Below are positions 11,201 to 20,063 of a stretch of 64,000 nucleotides of DNA, in pieces. Position 1 is the stretch's first letter. Every line of letters starts with the position of its first letter. The position numbers were made by a program, and so were the translations under genes. Below the pieces are notes generated by a model. It had not been told where the DNA came from. It made no database searches and saw only the letters and a list, made by a program, of their open reading frames with translations. Source of the DNA: an uncultured bacterium (GTDB taxonomy: Bacteria > Verrucomicrobiota > Verrucomicrobiia > Limisphaerales > UBA8199); contig CAVVMW010000021.1 of the NCBI GenBank assembly GCA_963749495.1, positions 864,001 to 928,000 of the forward strand, in the 5' to 3' direction.

Positions 11201-11825
11201 TCGGGAAAGCGGGCTTGGGAACGCCGATCTTCTCACCAATAGCCGTGAGGGTCAAAGCCGGTCCCGGAGACGCATGCTCGCCGACGATCTTCCACTGAAT
11301 CCCGAGGAAGTCTCTTGGAGACCACTGCGGAGCGAGGGAGATGGCGCCAGTCACAGTGTCCCGCCAGCGGCAATGCGACGCGCCCATCGGCATGATGTAG
11401 ATCCCCCCTGCTTGCACGTATGCCGTGATGTTGCTCGAAATGGGTCCGTCTGCCTTTGCTTCGTCCGGATAGCATTCATCCGTCGGGACCAGGATGGCGC
11501 GGCAGGTCCTCAACCGATCGAGGCTCTTGAGCGTCTCGAGCCCGATGACCTCGGCGCGAATCCCGTGGGTCTCGAACAAGCCGACGATGCGGTTGCTCTC
11601 CCAATCGGCTTTCCACGGTTTGACCCAGTTCTCCTGGGATACCAAGCGGTCATCCACGACGCCGACCCGGCCGGGAGCAGCGGCTGAGGATGAGAAGCCC
11701 GCGAGAGGCAAGAGCATCATCGCCGCAAGGATGGGGAGGGACGCATTGTGCAAGCACAGCGGTAGCGCAGACTTCCAAGTCCGTTCGGCTGCGGGCCATG
11801 ACGCGCACCTATTCAGGCAGTGCAT
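8223..11825 (-). CDS. GH2 beta-mannosidase-like glycoside hydrolase with an extra N-terminal domain
   Basis: ISLDGEW, FDGMDY...HEGMFG, LWWPNG, FGIRTV, GILVWQE, YCGGNE (acid/base), FVSEW (nucleophile). The ORF extension to 12137 is REPIN sequence; the true start is uncertain (about 11720-11825). Confidence 0.85.
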   Translation of the reverse strand: MHCLNRCASWPAAERTWKSALPLCLHNASLPILAAMMLLPLAGFSSSAAAPGRVGVVDDRLVSQENWVKPWKADWESNRIVGLFETHGIRAEVIGLETLKSLDRLRTCRAILVPTDECYPDEAKADGPISSNITAYVQAGGIYIMPMGASHCRWRDTVTGAISLAPQWSPRDFLGIQWKIVGEHASPGPALTLTAIGEKIGVPKPAFPSASTYARAAAPTGLVYASNESKQPCLYANAVGRGVVVHYAGGLPLGPEVRDWLIAAYAAVLKSGPDLKAVRQATVAGSPVFSLIPVAAREQGQISLDGEWELAQAPDDPAGAPGAVQGLAWTPVHMPNTVQHALFQAGKLDNPWYSDNYKKLQWIAQKDWYLRKTVTIPADWQDRQVRLTFDGMDYVGVVWLDGTLLGSHEGMFGGPTFDLTGRLVPGRHELLVELLHETAPQSGLSAVMKSMAVDGSSYQWGNRYRTIGLWRPVRLVSTGQAFLEAPCVRTERLEAGRAVLHAQAMIVNRGAAADGAIRAKIVEQQTGNVVWQAETLQAAPGGESWFERTISLENPKLWWPNGVGEGVQPLYRLDLSLAVNGRETDALSSRFGIRTVELARNPSWPKAPRSRGIAWGEPGSLEWGAMQNPDESYRFLFVVNGVPMYAKGACWLTSDDLLVLSPERERWLLGAAKAAGLNLFRLNGGCNLLETEQFYNLCDEDGILVWQELPFCWHTTTGAAPPAWRDQLTQSVLRLRQHPSLAVYCGGNEFNPYGPGVAPVVNLFREICDGYDNRPFRMSSPGGGTAHAYGPWDIYSADPSWYGTLYDEAYNFVSEWSFDTFAAMSLIKRIVPEAELGNKPIGYDWKAFVQDHPILADRSCELNFVGHYPFNKASWYGDLAKAGLTEFLEYAGMAQADVYGCVFEQWRAQFPYKGGQTVWVYNTIGPSSSWNLIDWFGQPMASYYTSKRAHEAVHVMARTRFRSWGPGDTFRASVLTLSDRKSGERGSIKARILDASLKTAFERTWDVTVGATGKDLLPVAEDLAWDIPADLPESYFFLELTLTGQDGKRLSRQVYWERVLKSLADAEARKRWQAAPVPEPVCTNGPWLKPQLAGCPTTLSLEVRPIGVAGPEARVSAVVRNTGANPAYPVTLSVSPGTCAAIWSDSYFWLAPGESATVEGTVRLDMRGLDPISPTTVIGPKDLKITVGAWNVPTLNPLEK

Positions 11826-11849
11826 AGGAGTGGTGTAGGCCATGCAGGG

Positions 11850-12063
11850 CATCCCAAAGGGATTCCATCTCTCAGCCCAGGGTTGCGCGGAACGCGCTAC
11901 CCTGGGTTGCAGCACAGAATGAGCCGCAACCCTGAAAGGGTTGTATCGAACTGCGGGGCCTGCCGGCTGCAACCCTTTCAGGGTTGAGGTCAATTGTGGC
12001 CGCTCACCCAGGGTAGCGCGTTCCGCGCAACCCTGGGCTGAAAGACCGCATCCTTTCAGGATG
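11850..12063. repeat. REPIN-like long palindrome
   Basis: CAGCCCAGGGTTGCGCGGAACGCGCTACCCTGGGT and its reverse complement flank an internal CAACCCTGAAAGGGTTG / CAACCCTTTCAGGGTTG pair. Confidence 0.8.
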
Positions 12064-12274
12064 CTCGACTGGCGGATGAGTGGTTTCACAACTTTTCCTT
12101 GCGAGTAGAGGCACAGGATATGGGCAAAAGCAAGCATTGTAGCGTTGGGCTATTCTCAAATGTCGCTCCGGGACAAAGCCTACGCCTAGGGCAGATGGCG
12201 CTGGTTTGTCTCGCGTTTTGAAGAAGACTTAACATTCTCAAGAGAATCACACCGTTCCTTACACGGATTACATC

Positions 12275-12800
12275 TCATTGGACCACGAGTTGGCGGGTGC
12301 CTGGGGTGACCTTCGTCTCGAGTTGCCGGCCAGCGGCCAGGACCACCAGTGTGAAATCACCGCCGCTGGTGACAGTCAACCGGCAGGGATCGCCTGGCCC
12401 TTCCCGGCGGTCACAGAGCAAATCGATGGCGAACGAACCCAGCCGGAGGTTCTTTAGCCCATGCTTTTCGGTCCTGGTAATCCGCCAGACAACCCGTTGG
12501 TGCGGGGCATCGATGTCGAAACCGAGGACGTATTCGATGAGGTTGCCAACCGGGCCGATGCCGCCCCAACCTACGAAATCACCGGCCCCGCACCCGAGTA
12601 ATTTGTCCGGAGCCAGGTTTTCCTTGATGGTCTTCTCCGCCTTGAAGGCATCGACGCAGGCTTGGTGATAGCGCACCGCAAGTTCCTGGAGAAAATCCCA
12701 TTGGCCGACGGTCTGGAGGCCTAATTGCACCATGCTTTGGGTAGGCGGCCAAACGGCCCCGCGCCAGTACTGACCGTTTTCCGCATTATAATATAGGGAT
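12275..12800 (-). pseudogene. C-terminal remnant of a GH63/MGH1-like glycoside hydrolase
   Basis: YWRGAVWPPT...ENLAPD...DFVGWGG. The N-terminal part is missing and the remnant begins just after the upstream stop. Confidence 0.6.
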
Positions 12801-12810
12801 GAAGGCGCAA

Positions 12811-15800
12811 TCATTGCAGCAGGAACCGCAGCCGATATTCTTTCATCGGCTCCGGACGCGGAATGACGGCCTTTTCGCCCACGAAATAGTCCCACGGCTT
12901 ATCGTCGAGGAGCACCGCGGCAACGGACCGGCCTTGCGGCGTTCGCGCGTCGACCGCCACTTTCTCGAGCCGCCGCTTGGCCTGATCCCCCTGGGGGGTC
13001 AGGCGGAAACGATAGTCGATGCTCTTTCCGCCGTCTTGTGGAGTCACGGTCAGTTCCAGATTTCCGAAATGAGTCGGAACGTTGCGGAGGTGGAGCGATG
13101 TGGCCCCCTCCTGCCAGCAACGCAGCGTTGCCGGGGTCAACATCAACGTGCCGCCATCCTCGAACACAAACAGGTGGCGGTAGAGGTTGACCCATTGGGC
13201 ATCCGCCCAAAAGTGCGGTTGATCCCCGGCTGAGAAGTTGCGCTTGTTCTCGTAGCCTTCGCCCCAACTGAAGGTCGAGCCGGCCGTGTCCGTGAAGGCA
13301 CAGAAGTAATCCAGCGTTCTGTCGGGCTCGCCGCGCAGGATGTAACTGATGGCCCAGTCCACGCCGATATACGGCCAGCAACCGCCCGCGCCGTCACTGT
13401 GCATGGCGCCGCCCCACTGGTCGGCCATCCGTTCCATCGCGCGGAAAGTGCCCGTGACCATCGGGTCCTGCGCCGCGATGGCGCGAGTGGGCCAGACCAG
13501 CGGTGTGTGCCCCCAAAAACCGTACATCCCCTCGCCCTCTTTCTCGACCCCAAACCAGAGATAGCCCTCGTAGAGGCCGACCCGCTTGAAGGTGCTTCGA
13601 AAGGATCGCCCCAGGCAGGCCTGCAGCTCCTCGGCCTCCCGGCTGAAGGTGCGAGCCTCCTCCTCCCGCCCAAGGGCTTGGGCGGCATCGGCCGCCTCGC
13701 GCAACCCCAGCACCGCCCAGGCATCCATATAGTAATGGTGCATCCCCTTGGTCATGGTGGCGACCTCCATCGCGCCGGGTTCGATCAATCCGTAGCGCGG
13801 GTCATCGGGGTTCTTGACCTCCTGCATGTGCCGGTGCCGGGAGTCGACGATCCATTGGGCCCCGCGCCGGATATAAGGGTAGGCGGTGCCCTCGAGCCAC
13901 GCGCGATCCCCCGAGAGCTTGTAATGCTCCACCAGGCACCAGAGGTTTTGGCCTTGCGCGTCGTACTGCCCGGGCCGCGTCAGCCACAGGCCATTGTCGG
14001 CCATGCCCAACTGGAGCGGTGTCTCGCCGAAGGCGATCGGCCCCTTCGGCACATCCTTGATGTCCGTGCAATAGACCTGCAGCAAACGCCCCGCCAGATC
14101 GTGCAACCCGGCCAGGTCGTAGGCATAGACCACATAGGCCTGATCCCGGTAGGCGAAATCATAGTAAAAGTACGGACTGCAGGCATTGAACCAAACAGCA
14201 TCGCTGATCCTGACGTCGAGGACAGCTCGCGTGGCCAGGCGCGAGAGGTACACGTCCCTCAGCACCGGGTCGGGCGTATCGAAAGCCGCGAGGCGCTGCG
14301 AAAAATGGTCCCGGTACTCGATGACGCGGCGCCAGGAATCCTCCGGCTTGGCCTGCCGCAAGGCCTGGAGCTGTTCCCCGCCAAACTCGGGCACGCCCTC
14401 GCCGGGAAGCACTTTGAGAAACGCATGCGAGTACGAACCCATGGACACGGGCTGGCGGCGGTGAATCGTGGGCACTTTCAACCAGAACGTCTTGCTCTGA
14501 CCGGCCGCCACCGTTCCACCGTAAGCGAGGTCGAGCCGGCAGAGACCAACGTCGCTGGTGTCGTATTCCTGGTTGTACACGCCGCATTCCGGCGTGATGC
14601 CCACATCAATGTGGCGCAAGCAGCGGCCGTTCAACGAACCGGAGTAGATGTCCGCCGGATTGTCAATTCGGGTCCCTTCGGCAAACACATAGATAGCGCT
14701 CAGCCGCGTGTGCCGCATCCGTGAATTTGGGGCCACACCCGCAACGACCTGGATGAAGCCGTCGCCGTCAGTATCGTGACCGCCATTGAATTCCAGGCAA
14801 AGGGGCTGGTTTTTCTGGCGGATATACTCGAACCAATCCAGCCTCTGCGGCGGACAACCTTCCACTTGATATTCGAAGATCAAATCGCCGGCCTGCTTGG
14901 GCTGGGCAAGCAGGTGGTTGATATGCTGCGAGGCAACCAGGCAAACCTTCAGGTTTTGACCGGCGGGCGCCTTTACGCGATAGACCACCGGCACTCCGTC
15001 CATGCCAATGCGCGTGCTGGAAACTGCCTCCTCCACCTGCCCGGGTCCGGCTCCGCAACCGTATGATTTCGCGCGCTTGTCGCACAGCCCCCATTCACGG
15101 GCCGTCAGATGCGTTCCCTGCGGCGCATCCACGATCATGAACGGCGAGGCGCCAATGCCCCTCACCACGCCGGCATCCAGCCGCATATCGGACGGCCCGT
15201 CGAGGCCCGCCAGCAGTCTGCTCTCGAGCGGCTGGGAGGCAGGGTTTTCTACCTCCAGTTTGTAGAGATCAAAGGCCGCGTCCGCGCCTGTGGGAACCGC
15301 CATCACTGAGACCCGATACCGCAACCCTTCATACTCCCAACTGGCCCGGATGGCTGGCAATCGGTTGTTCACCAGGCCGAGCCGGAAGCTCTCGAGCTGG
15401 TCGGGTTTCAGTTCGGTGTCGCCGGCCGCCAGGCGGAAAACCAAGTCATAAAGCGGATAGCGCACGCGCAGGTCACGCCCCATGCAGTTGAAGGCGTTGT
15501 CGCCCGGGGCGCCATAGGCAGTCCATTCGTTGGCCGCGCTGTTCCGGCCGGGCGCCAATTCCTCGAACGAGGTATCGTGCTTGAGTTGGCGCATTTCGCC
15601 GTTCTTTTTGAGCCGGGGCGCGACGTAATGGCCCTTGCCGATGGATGAAAAGAACGCCAGTTCGTCGCGTTTGCCTTGGCCGGCCACGTCCGTAGCGTAA
15701 AGGTCGTGCAGGGCAACGTCGGCAAAGCAGCCCGGTGAACCATCCCAAGGGGAGAGGTACACCTCGTTGATTTCCGCCGTACTCCACCCCAACACGCTCT

Positions 15801-16251
15801 GAATGTCGGCCGCCAAATCCCGTTCGCACGTGGTCCAGGCCAGCGGGATTTTATCGCTCAGGAAGACCTCGACCGTGGGATCGGCTGAGGGAGGCTCGCT
15901 CAAGGAGCCGGCGCCGTAACCCAGGTAGCGGTGCTCGCCCGTTTCCGGGTTGACCATGCCCACTTGGAGGATACACACGTGGCCCGAGGTCTTTTGCCAG
16001 GCCCAACGGACGCTCGTGTGCGGGCCAACGAAAGCGGGTCCGGGCACTCTGAAGCCGCATTGCTGGCCACGGACCTCGAAGGCCGTCTTGCCCGCAGGAG
16101 CGTTGCTCGCCGGCAGGATGGTTCCGGAGGTCAGCAGCGAGGACTGGACCTTCTCCCCGAGCAGCTCGAGGCTATATGGTTTCTGTTCCACGGCAGGCAG
16201 TGTGAGCCTGGCCAGCGACCCGCAAACAATCAACCAACCGTATCGTTTCAT
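12811..16251 (-). CDS. Secreted multi-domain six-hairpin ((alpha/alpha)6) glycosidase-like protein
   Basis: Signal-like N-terminus; YYDFAYRDQAY, QYDAQGQNLW, EHYKLSGDRAWL, SWGEG and GDQPHFWA patterns typical of (alpha/alpha)6 GH domains. Family unassigned. Confidence 0.65.
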   Translation of the reverse strand: MKRYGWLIVCGSLARLTLPAVEQKPYSLELLGEKVQSSLLTSGTILPASNAPAGKTAFEVRGQQCGFRVPGPAFVGPHTSVRWAWQKTSGHVCILQVGMVNPETGEHRYLGYGAGSLSEPPSADPTVEVFLSDKIPLAWTTCERDLAADIQSVLGWSTAEINEVYLSPWDGSPGCFADVALHDLYATDVAGQGKRDELAFFSSIGKGHYVAPRLKKNGEMRQLKHDTSFEELAPGRNSAANEWTAYGAPGDNAFNCMGRDLRVRYPLYDLVFRLAAGDTELKPDQLESFRLGLVNNRLPAIRASWEYEGLRYRVSVMAVPTGADAAFDLYKLEVENPASQPLESRLLAGLDGPSDMRLDAGVVRGIGASPFMIVDAPQGTHLTAREWGLCDKRAKSYGCGAGPGQVEEAVSSTRIGMDGVPVVYRVKAPAGQNLKVCLVASQHINHLLAQPKQAGDLIFEYQVEGCPPQRLDWFEYIRQKNQPLCLEFNGGHDTDGDGFIQVVAGVAPNSRMRHTRLSAIYVFAEGTRIDNPADIYSGSLNGRCLRHIDVGITPECGVYNQEYDTSDVGLCRLDLAYGGTVAAGQSKTFWLKVPTIHRRQPVSMGSYSHAFLKVLPGEGVPEFGGEQLQALRQAKPEDSWRRVIEYRDHFSQRLAAFDTPDPVLRDVYLSRLATRAVLDVRISDAVWFNACSPYFYYDFAYRDQAYVVYAYDLAGLHDLAGRLLQVYCTDIKDVPKGPIAFGETPLQLGMADNGLWLTRPGQYDAQGQNLWCLVEHYKLSGDRAWLEGTAYPYIRRGAQWIVDSRHRHMQEVKNPDDPRYGLIEPGAMEVATMTKGMHHYYMDAWAVLGLREAADAAQALGREEEARTFSREAEELQACLGRSFRSTFKRVGLYEGYLWFGVEKEGEGMYGFWGHTPLVWPTRAIAAQDPMVTGTFRAMERMADQWGGAMHSDGAGGCWPYIGVDWAISYILRGEPDRTLDYFCAFTDTAGSTFSWGEGYENKRNFSAGDQPHFWADAQWVNLYRHLFVFEDGGTLMLTPATLRCWQEGATSLHLRNVPTHFGNLELTVTPQDGGKSIDYRFRLTPQGDQAKRRLEKVAVDARTPQGRSVAAVLLDDKPWDYFVGEKAVIPRPEPMKEYRLRFLLQ

Positions 16252-16352
16252 AGTTCAGATGGAGTCGAATACAGAGTGCAGTTAAGAGTGAGCATCTCAT
16301 CCGCCATTCCGATGCTGCCACCAGATAATGCCGGTCAAACGGATGGATGCGT

Positions 16353-19025
16353 TCAATCTTGGGGGTGCAGCCACGCCGGCAAGCCCGCCCCGCGCAGGAT
16401 CGCTCGGAACTTGTCGATCTCGGCCGGCGTAAATTGCGCATTTTCGATCTTTCGCGTGGTGGCTAACGCCTCTGGATCGATCTCCGGCACGACGCGGCTG
16501 GAGTCGAATGGCCGGCCGGTGAACGCCGCCAGCACCTGCTGGCACAGGCCATCGAAATCAGGTGCCTGCCGGGCCGCCAGAGGTTGCTCCACGATCGCAT
16601 CGAGCGCCCGCTCCGCCTTTTCGGCCTCGAGGATGACCCTCGGCGGCTTCTTGATGTCAGCGCCTCCGGTCAGCGATACCCACTTCAACTTCAGAGCACG
16701 ATCAACCTGCCTGACTTGGGCGCGGAGGTTGATGGCCTGCTGAAGCGTGACTGCCTGGATGAACGTGCCAGCTTTTTGGAGGTGGATACTGTTTTCACTT
16801 CTCGTGGGGAGCGGGCGTGTCAGCGTGACGGTCGTCACCCGCTGCCGGCGATCCCAGGTCCAACCCTCACCCCCCAGGTCCGCGTCGAGCGGGTCGAGTG
16901 GGCGGCCGTTGACTGCGACGCCCGCCGGCTTGAGCAAGCCGTGCACGCGCACGACGTAACGGCGGGCCTCGAGCTTGCCCTGGAAAGTGCCCTTGAGCGG
17001 AGCGATGCGCAGCAAGTAATCATCCTTGGTCTCGGTTGGGCCGAACGTGAAAAGGGTCCAACCGAACTTGCCGTCGCGGTAATCCAGCGAGCGGCCGTCG
17101 TCCTCGTACATCTCGAACTTCGCCCCGGAGGCGCCGCTGTAAATATCGAGCGTCAGCGGATCGAGCGGCTTTTGCTCCGTGTAGTCCATCTTCGGCGCCA
17201 GGGGGAGAATCGAGCCGGCCCGCACGAACAACGGCATTCGCTCGATGGGACATTCATGAATGAGGTTCTGGCCGCCGGCGTAAATATCGCCGGTAAAATA
17301 GTCGAACCAATACTCGTCTTGGGGCAGATAGAGCTCCTGCCGGGCCGGCTTGCCCTCGGTGGAGTGCACCACGGGCGCCACCAGCAATTCCTGGCCGAAC
17401 AGGTACTGCCGCGGGTGGCTGTAGGCGAGCTCCTGGTTGGGATACTCCACGTAGGTCCCGCGCACCAGTGGAAGCCCGGTCTCATGAGCGATGCGCGAGT
17501 AGGTATAGGTATAGGGGATTAACGCGTACCGCAATCCGACAAACGTGCGGTAGGTCTCCACCCCCTCCGGGCCATATTCCCAGGGCAGCCGCAGACCCCA
17601 GAGGCCGTGAAACCAGAGAATGGGGCTCAAGGCGCCGAACTGAACCCAACGACGGTAGAGTTCGACGGGGAGGTTTACGTTGCCGACACCGCCGCACAGG
17701 TTGTTCATATAGGTGACGAGCATATTTGCGCCCTGGACGGTAGCGGGCACAATCTCCTTGAGGCAGGCCCACTCGCCAGGAAGGTCGCCCGTGAAGAACG
17801 CGCCGTACCGGTGCGAGCCCCAGACGCCAAGCCGGCAGAAATCAAACGCGCGCTGCCCGGTGATCCGCTCCGTGCCCTCGTACTCGATCTCCCGCGTCCA
17901 AAGCATCGGGTCCAGGCCCGGCATGGCGGCCCCGGCGCAGCCGTCCTGCCACCAGAATGCCATTCCCATATCCAGGGCCGGCTTGTGCAGGAGATCCATG
18001 AAGAGCCGGGCGTATTTCGGGTTGGCCAAGTCGTGGCCGATCTCTTTGGTCTCGACCGGCAGGCCCAGGGCTTGGCGGATCGTTTCAAAGTTGCTGTCGT
18101 TATCCCGGGTCAGGGCGCCGTAGTGCTCATTGACCGTGGCCTTGACGCCCTGCTGGCGCAACCACTGGAAAAAACCCTTCGGATCCGGCATCTGCTCCGC
18201 GTCCCAGTCATAGCCAGCCCAGATGACCTTGGTGGTGGAATCCGAATCGAGCACGATCATGTCCAAGGGCAGAGACTCCTCGCGGAACCGCTTCACGATC
18301 ATCTTCCATTCCAGGTCCGAATAACCGGCTCGGGAGCCAAACCAGGCGCCGAAGATATATCGCGGGACCATCGGGCTCGAACCAATGAGCTTGGTCAGTT
18401 CCTCCAATCCGTGCCTATAGTCCTGGCCATAGACCAGGAAATACCAATCTTGGCTCTCCCCGCCGGGCCTGGGTTTGACCCAACCGGCAGCCTTATTTCG
18501 CAACGCCGTGTGGCTGTCATCCAGCAGAAAATACCCGTTGCGGCTCAGCGGGCCGGCGTTCGTGACGGGCGTTACCAGTCCCGCCATGTCTCCCGGCACG
18601 CCACCGAGGTTCTTGTCGTCCTTGTCACCGGGTCGCCAACTGCGCTCCGCTGTTCCGTCGCTCCAACTGATCTGGAGGTTTTGCGCGCCAAAGGCACCCG
18701 AGCCTGGCTGGTAACGCACAACCACTTTCCCGGTCCGGAACGTCAGCCAGCCTGCCGCCTCTTCGCTGGCGCAGGTCACCGGCAGCCATTTCTCGCGGTT
18801 GATGACCGAAATGCTCAAGTCATCCACGAACTGGCCGGAGGGCGCATACTCCAACCGAACCAAGGCTGGGGAGAGCGCCGAAAACCGCGCCTTGCCGCTG
18901 GTGACGGTTCTCAGGTTGGGCGTTTGGGCTTGACTGGAGCCGACGCTCAGGAAAAGCGCGGTCAGGCAGAAGACCGCCCGCCGCCCGACGACGAGAGGAT
19001 GCCGTGTATGAGGGTTCCTTTTCAT
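16353..19025 (-). CDS. GH31 alpha-glycosidase with DUF5110-like C-terminal domain
   Basis: Signal peptide; LPLDMIVLD, FWWQDG (nucleophile), FTGD (acid/base), ELYRRWVQFG, QYLFG.ELLVAP, PLFVRAGSILP, YEDDG. Confidence 0.9.
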   Translation of the reverse strand: MKRNPHTRHPLVVGRRAVFCLTALFLSVGSSQAQTPNLRTVTSGKARFSALSPALVRLEYAPSGQFVDDLSISVINREKWLPVTCASEEAAGWLTFRTGKVVVRYQPGSGAFGAQNLQISWSDGTAERSWRPGDKDDKNLGGVPGDMAGLVTPVTNAGPLSRNGYFLLDDSHTALRNKAAGWVKPRPGGESQDWYFLVYGQDYRHGLEELTKLIGSSPMVPRYIFGAWFGSRAGYSDLEWKMIVKRFREESLPLDMIVLDSDSTTKVIWAGYDWDAEQMPDPKGFFQWLRQQGVKATVNEHYGALTRDNDSNFETIRQALGLPVETKEIGHDLANPKYARLFMDLLHKPALDMGMAFWWQDGCAGAAMPGLDPMLWTREIEYEGTERITGQRAFDFCRLGVWGSHRYGAFFTGDLPGEWACLKEIVPATVQGANMLVTYMNNLCGGVGNVNLPVELYRRWVQFGALSPILWFHGLWGLRLPWEYGPEGVETYRTFVGLRYALIPYTYTYSRIAHETGLPLVRGTYVEYPNQELAYSHPRQYLFGQELLVAPVVHSTEGKPARQELYLPQDEYWFDYFTGDIYAGGQNLIHECPIERMPLFVRAGSILPLAPKMDYTEQKPLDPLTLDIYSGASGAKFEMYEDDGRSLDYRDGKFGWTLFTFGPTETKDDYLLRIAPLKGTFQGKLEARRYVVRVHGLLKPAGVAVNGRPLDPLDADLGGEGWTWDRRQRVTTVTLTRPLPTRSENSIHLQKAGTFIQAVTLQQAINLRAQVRQVDRALKLKWVSLTGGADIKKPPRVILEAEKAERALDAIVEQPLAARQAPDFDGLCQQVLAAFTGRPFDSSRVVPEIDPEALATTRKIENAQFTPAEIDKFRAILRGAGLPAWLHPQD

Positions 19026-19047
19026 TTATTGTGAATGGCCTCCTAAC

Positions 19048-19905
19048 TCAACGCTTGGCTGAGGTCCGGATGGTTATCCAGTTTATATCGTTCCCTTGCG
19101 GGTCCTTGATGGCATGGCAGTACCAGTCTTGCTGCATAATCGGCTGGCCGGTGGTCGCCCCATCCCGCCACTTGTGGATTTCGGAATGGCCGTCGGCAAA
19201 GCTAAAACCGCACGCCTGGTTATGGTAACTGGCGGGCACGTCGGCCCACGACTGGAACTTGCCGGTCGGGCCCATATCCTCCCAGTAGAGTGGAAGCATG
19301 CAGCCGTCATTGATGCTGTTCGGATGCTCGTCGACCAGGAGCCAGAGCAAGGACGGCGATGGGGCCGTGATGTCGCCCATCCTGCGGTAGGCGCGGTAGC
19401 GGGGCAGGAGAGCGTCGTCCGTGCCTGCGTAATGGCCTCCGCTCACCATTCCTTCGACACACCCGTTCATCGCCACGCTCCGCACGCGCAACATCGGCAC
19501 CCCGCCCTCCGGCGCCCTGGATGGGTCCGCCGGGCATTTGTAAATGCCGGTCGAGTGGTTCGAATACGGACCCAGTTGTGACTTTTGCAGTAGCAGCACA
19601 TTCGTATTATCCGTATTAGCCGACGAAAAGTCCAACCAGCCCGCGACCCAGGCATTGAGATCGCTGGGAAAGGGATTGCGCACCAGGTTATCGGCATAGT
19701 CGCCGGCATACATGATCCAGGCGATGGTCAGTTGCTTGGTGTTGTTCATGCACGCAATCCCCTGTGTCTTCGTTTTCGCCTTGGCCAAGGTCGGCAACAG
19801 CAGGCTGGCCAGGATGGCAATGATGGCAATGACGACCAACAGTTCGATCAACGTAAAGCCTCCCTTGAACGGAAGCGACCTCTTACTCGGAAGCGTTAGC
19901 TTCAT
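19048..19905 (-). CDS. Prepilin-type N-terminal cleavage/methylation protein (DUF1559-like, H-X9-DG)
   Basis: [38 protein letters not shown]-terminal [13 protein letters not shown]. Confidence 0.92.
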   Translation of the reverse strand: MKLTLPSKRSLPFKGGFTLIELLVVIAIIAILASLLLPTLAKAKTKTQGIACMNNTKQLTIAWIMYAGDYADNLVRNPFPSDLNAWVAGWLDFSSANTDNTNVLLLQKSQLGPYSNHSTGIYKCPADPSRAPEGGVPMLRVRSVAMNGCVEGMVSGGHYAGTDDALLPRYRAYRRMGDITAPSPSLLWLLVDEHPNSINDGCMLPLYWEDMGPTGKFQSWADVPASYHNQACGFSFADGHSEIHKWRDGATTGQPIMQQDWYCHAIKDPQGNDINWITIRTSAKR

Positions 19906-20063
19906 GCTTCATACCTCAAAATCCGGCTGTGAAACCCGGCCCCATCGGCTGGCCAGCGCCAGGCCACGGCGCCTCCTGCGGGCCCTGGCAAATCCTGCGG
20001 GAGGCGGCGTTGCCGCTGTTTGCTCGTGACTCTGACTCACAAAACGGTTATACGCGCCGGCCA

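Noticed and set aside
11826..12137. N-terminal extension of the GH2 ORF
   Set aside because: It is translated REPIN sequence upstream of the signal-peptide-like segment.
19970..20008. Hairpin between the LamG and pilin-like genes as a terminator
   Set aside because: No U-tract on the coding strand; it could be a stabilising stem, but that is unsupported.
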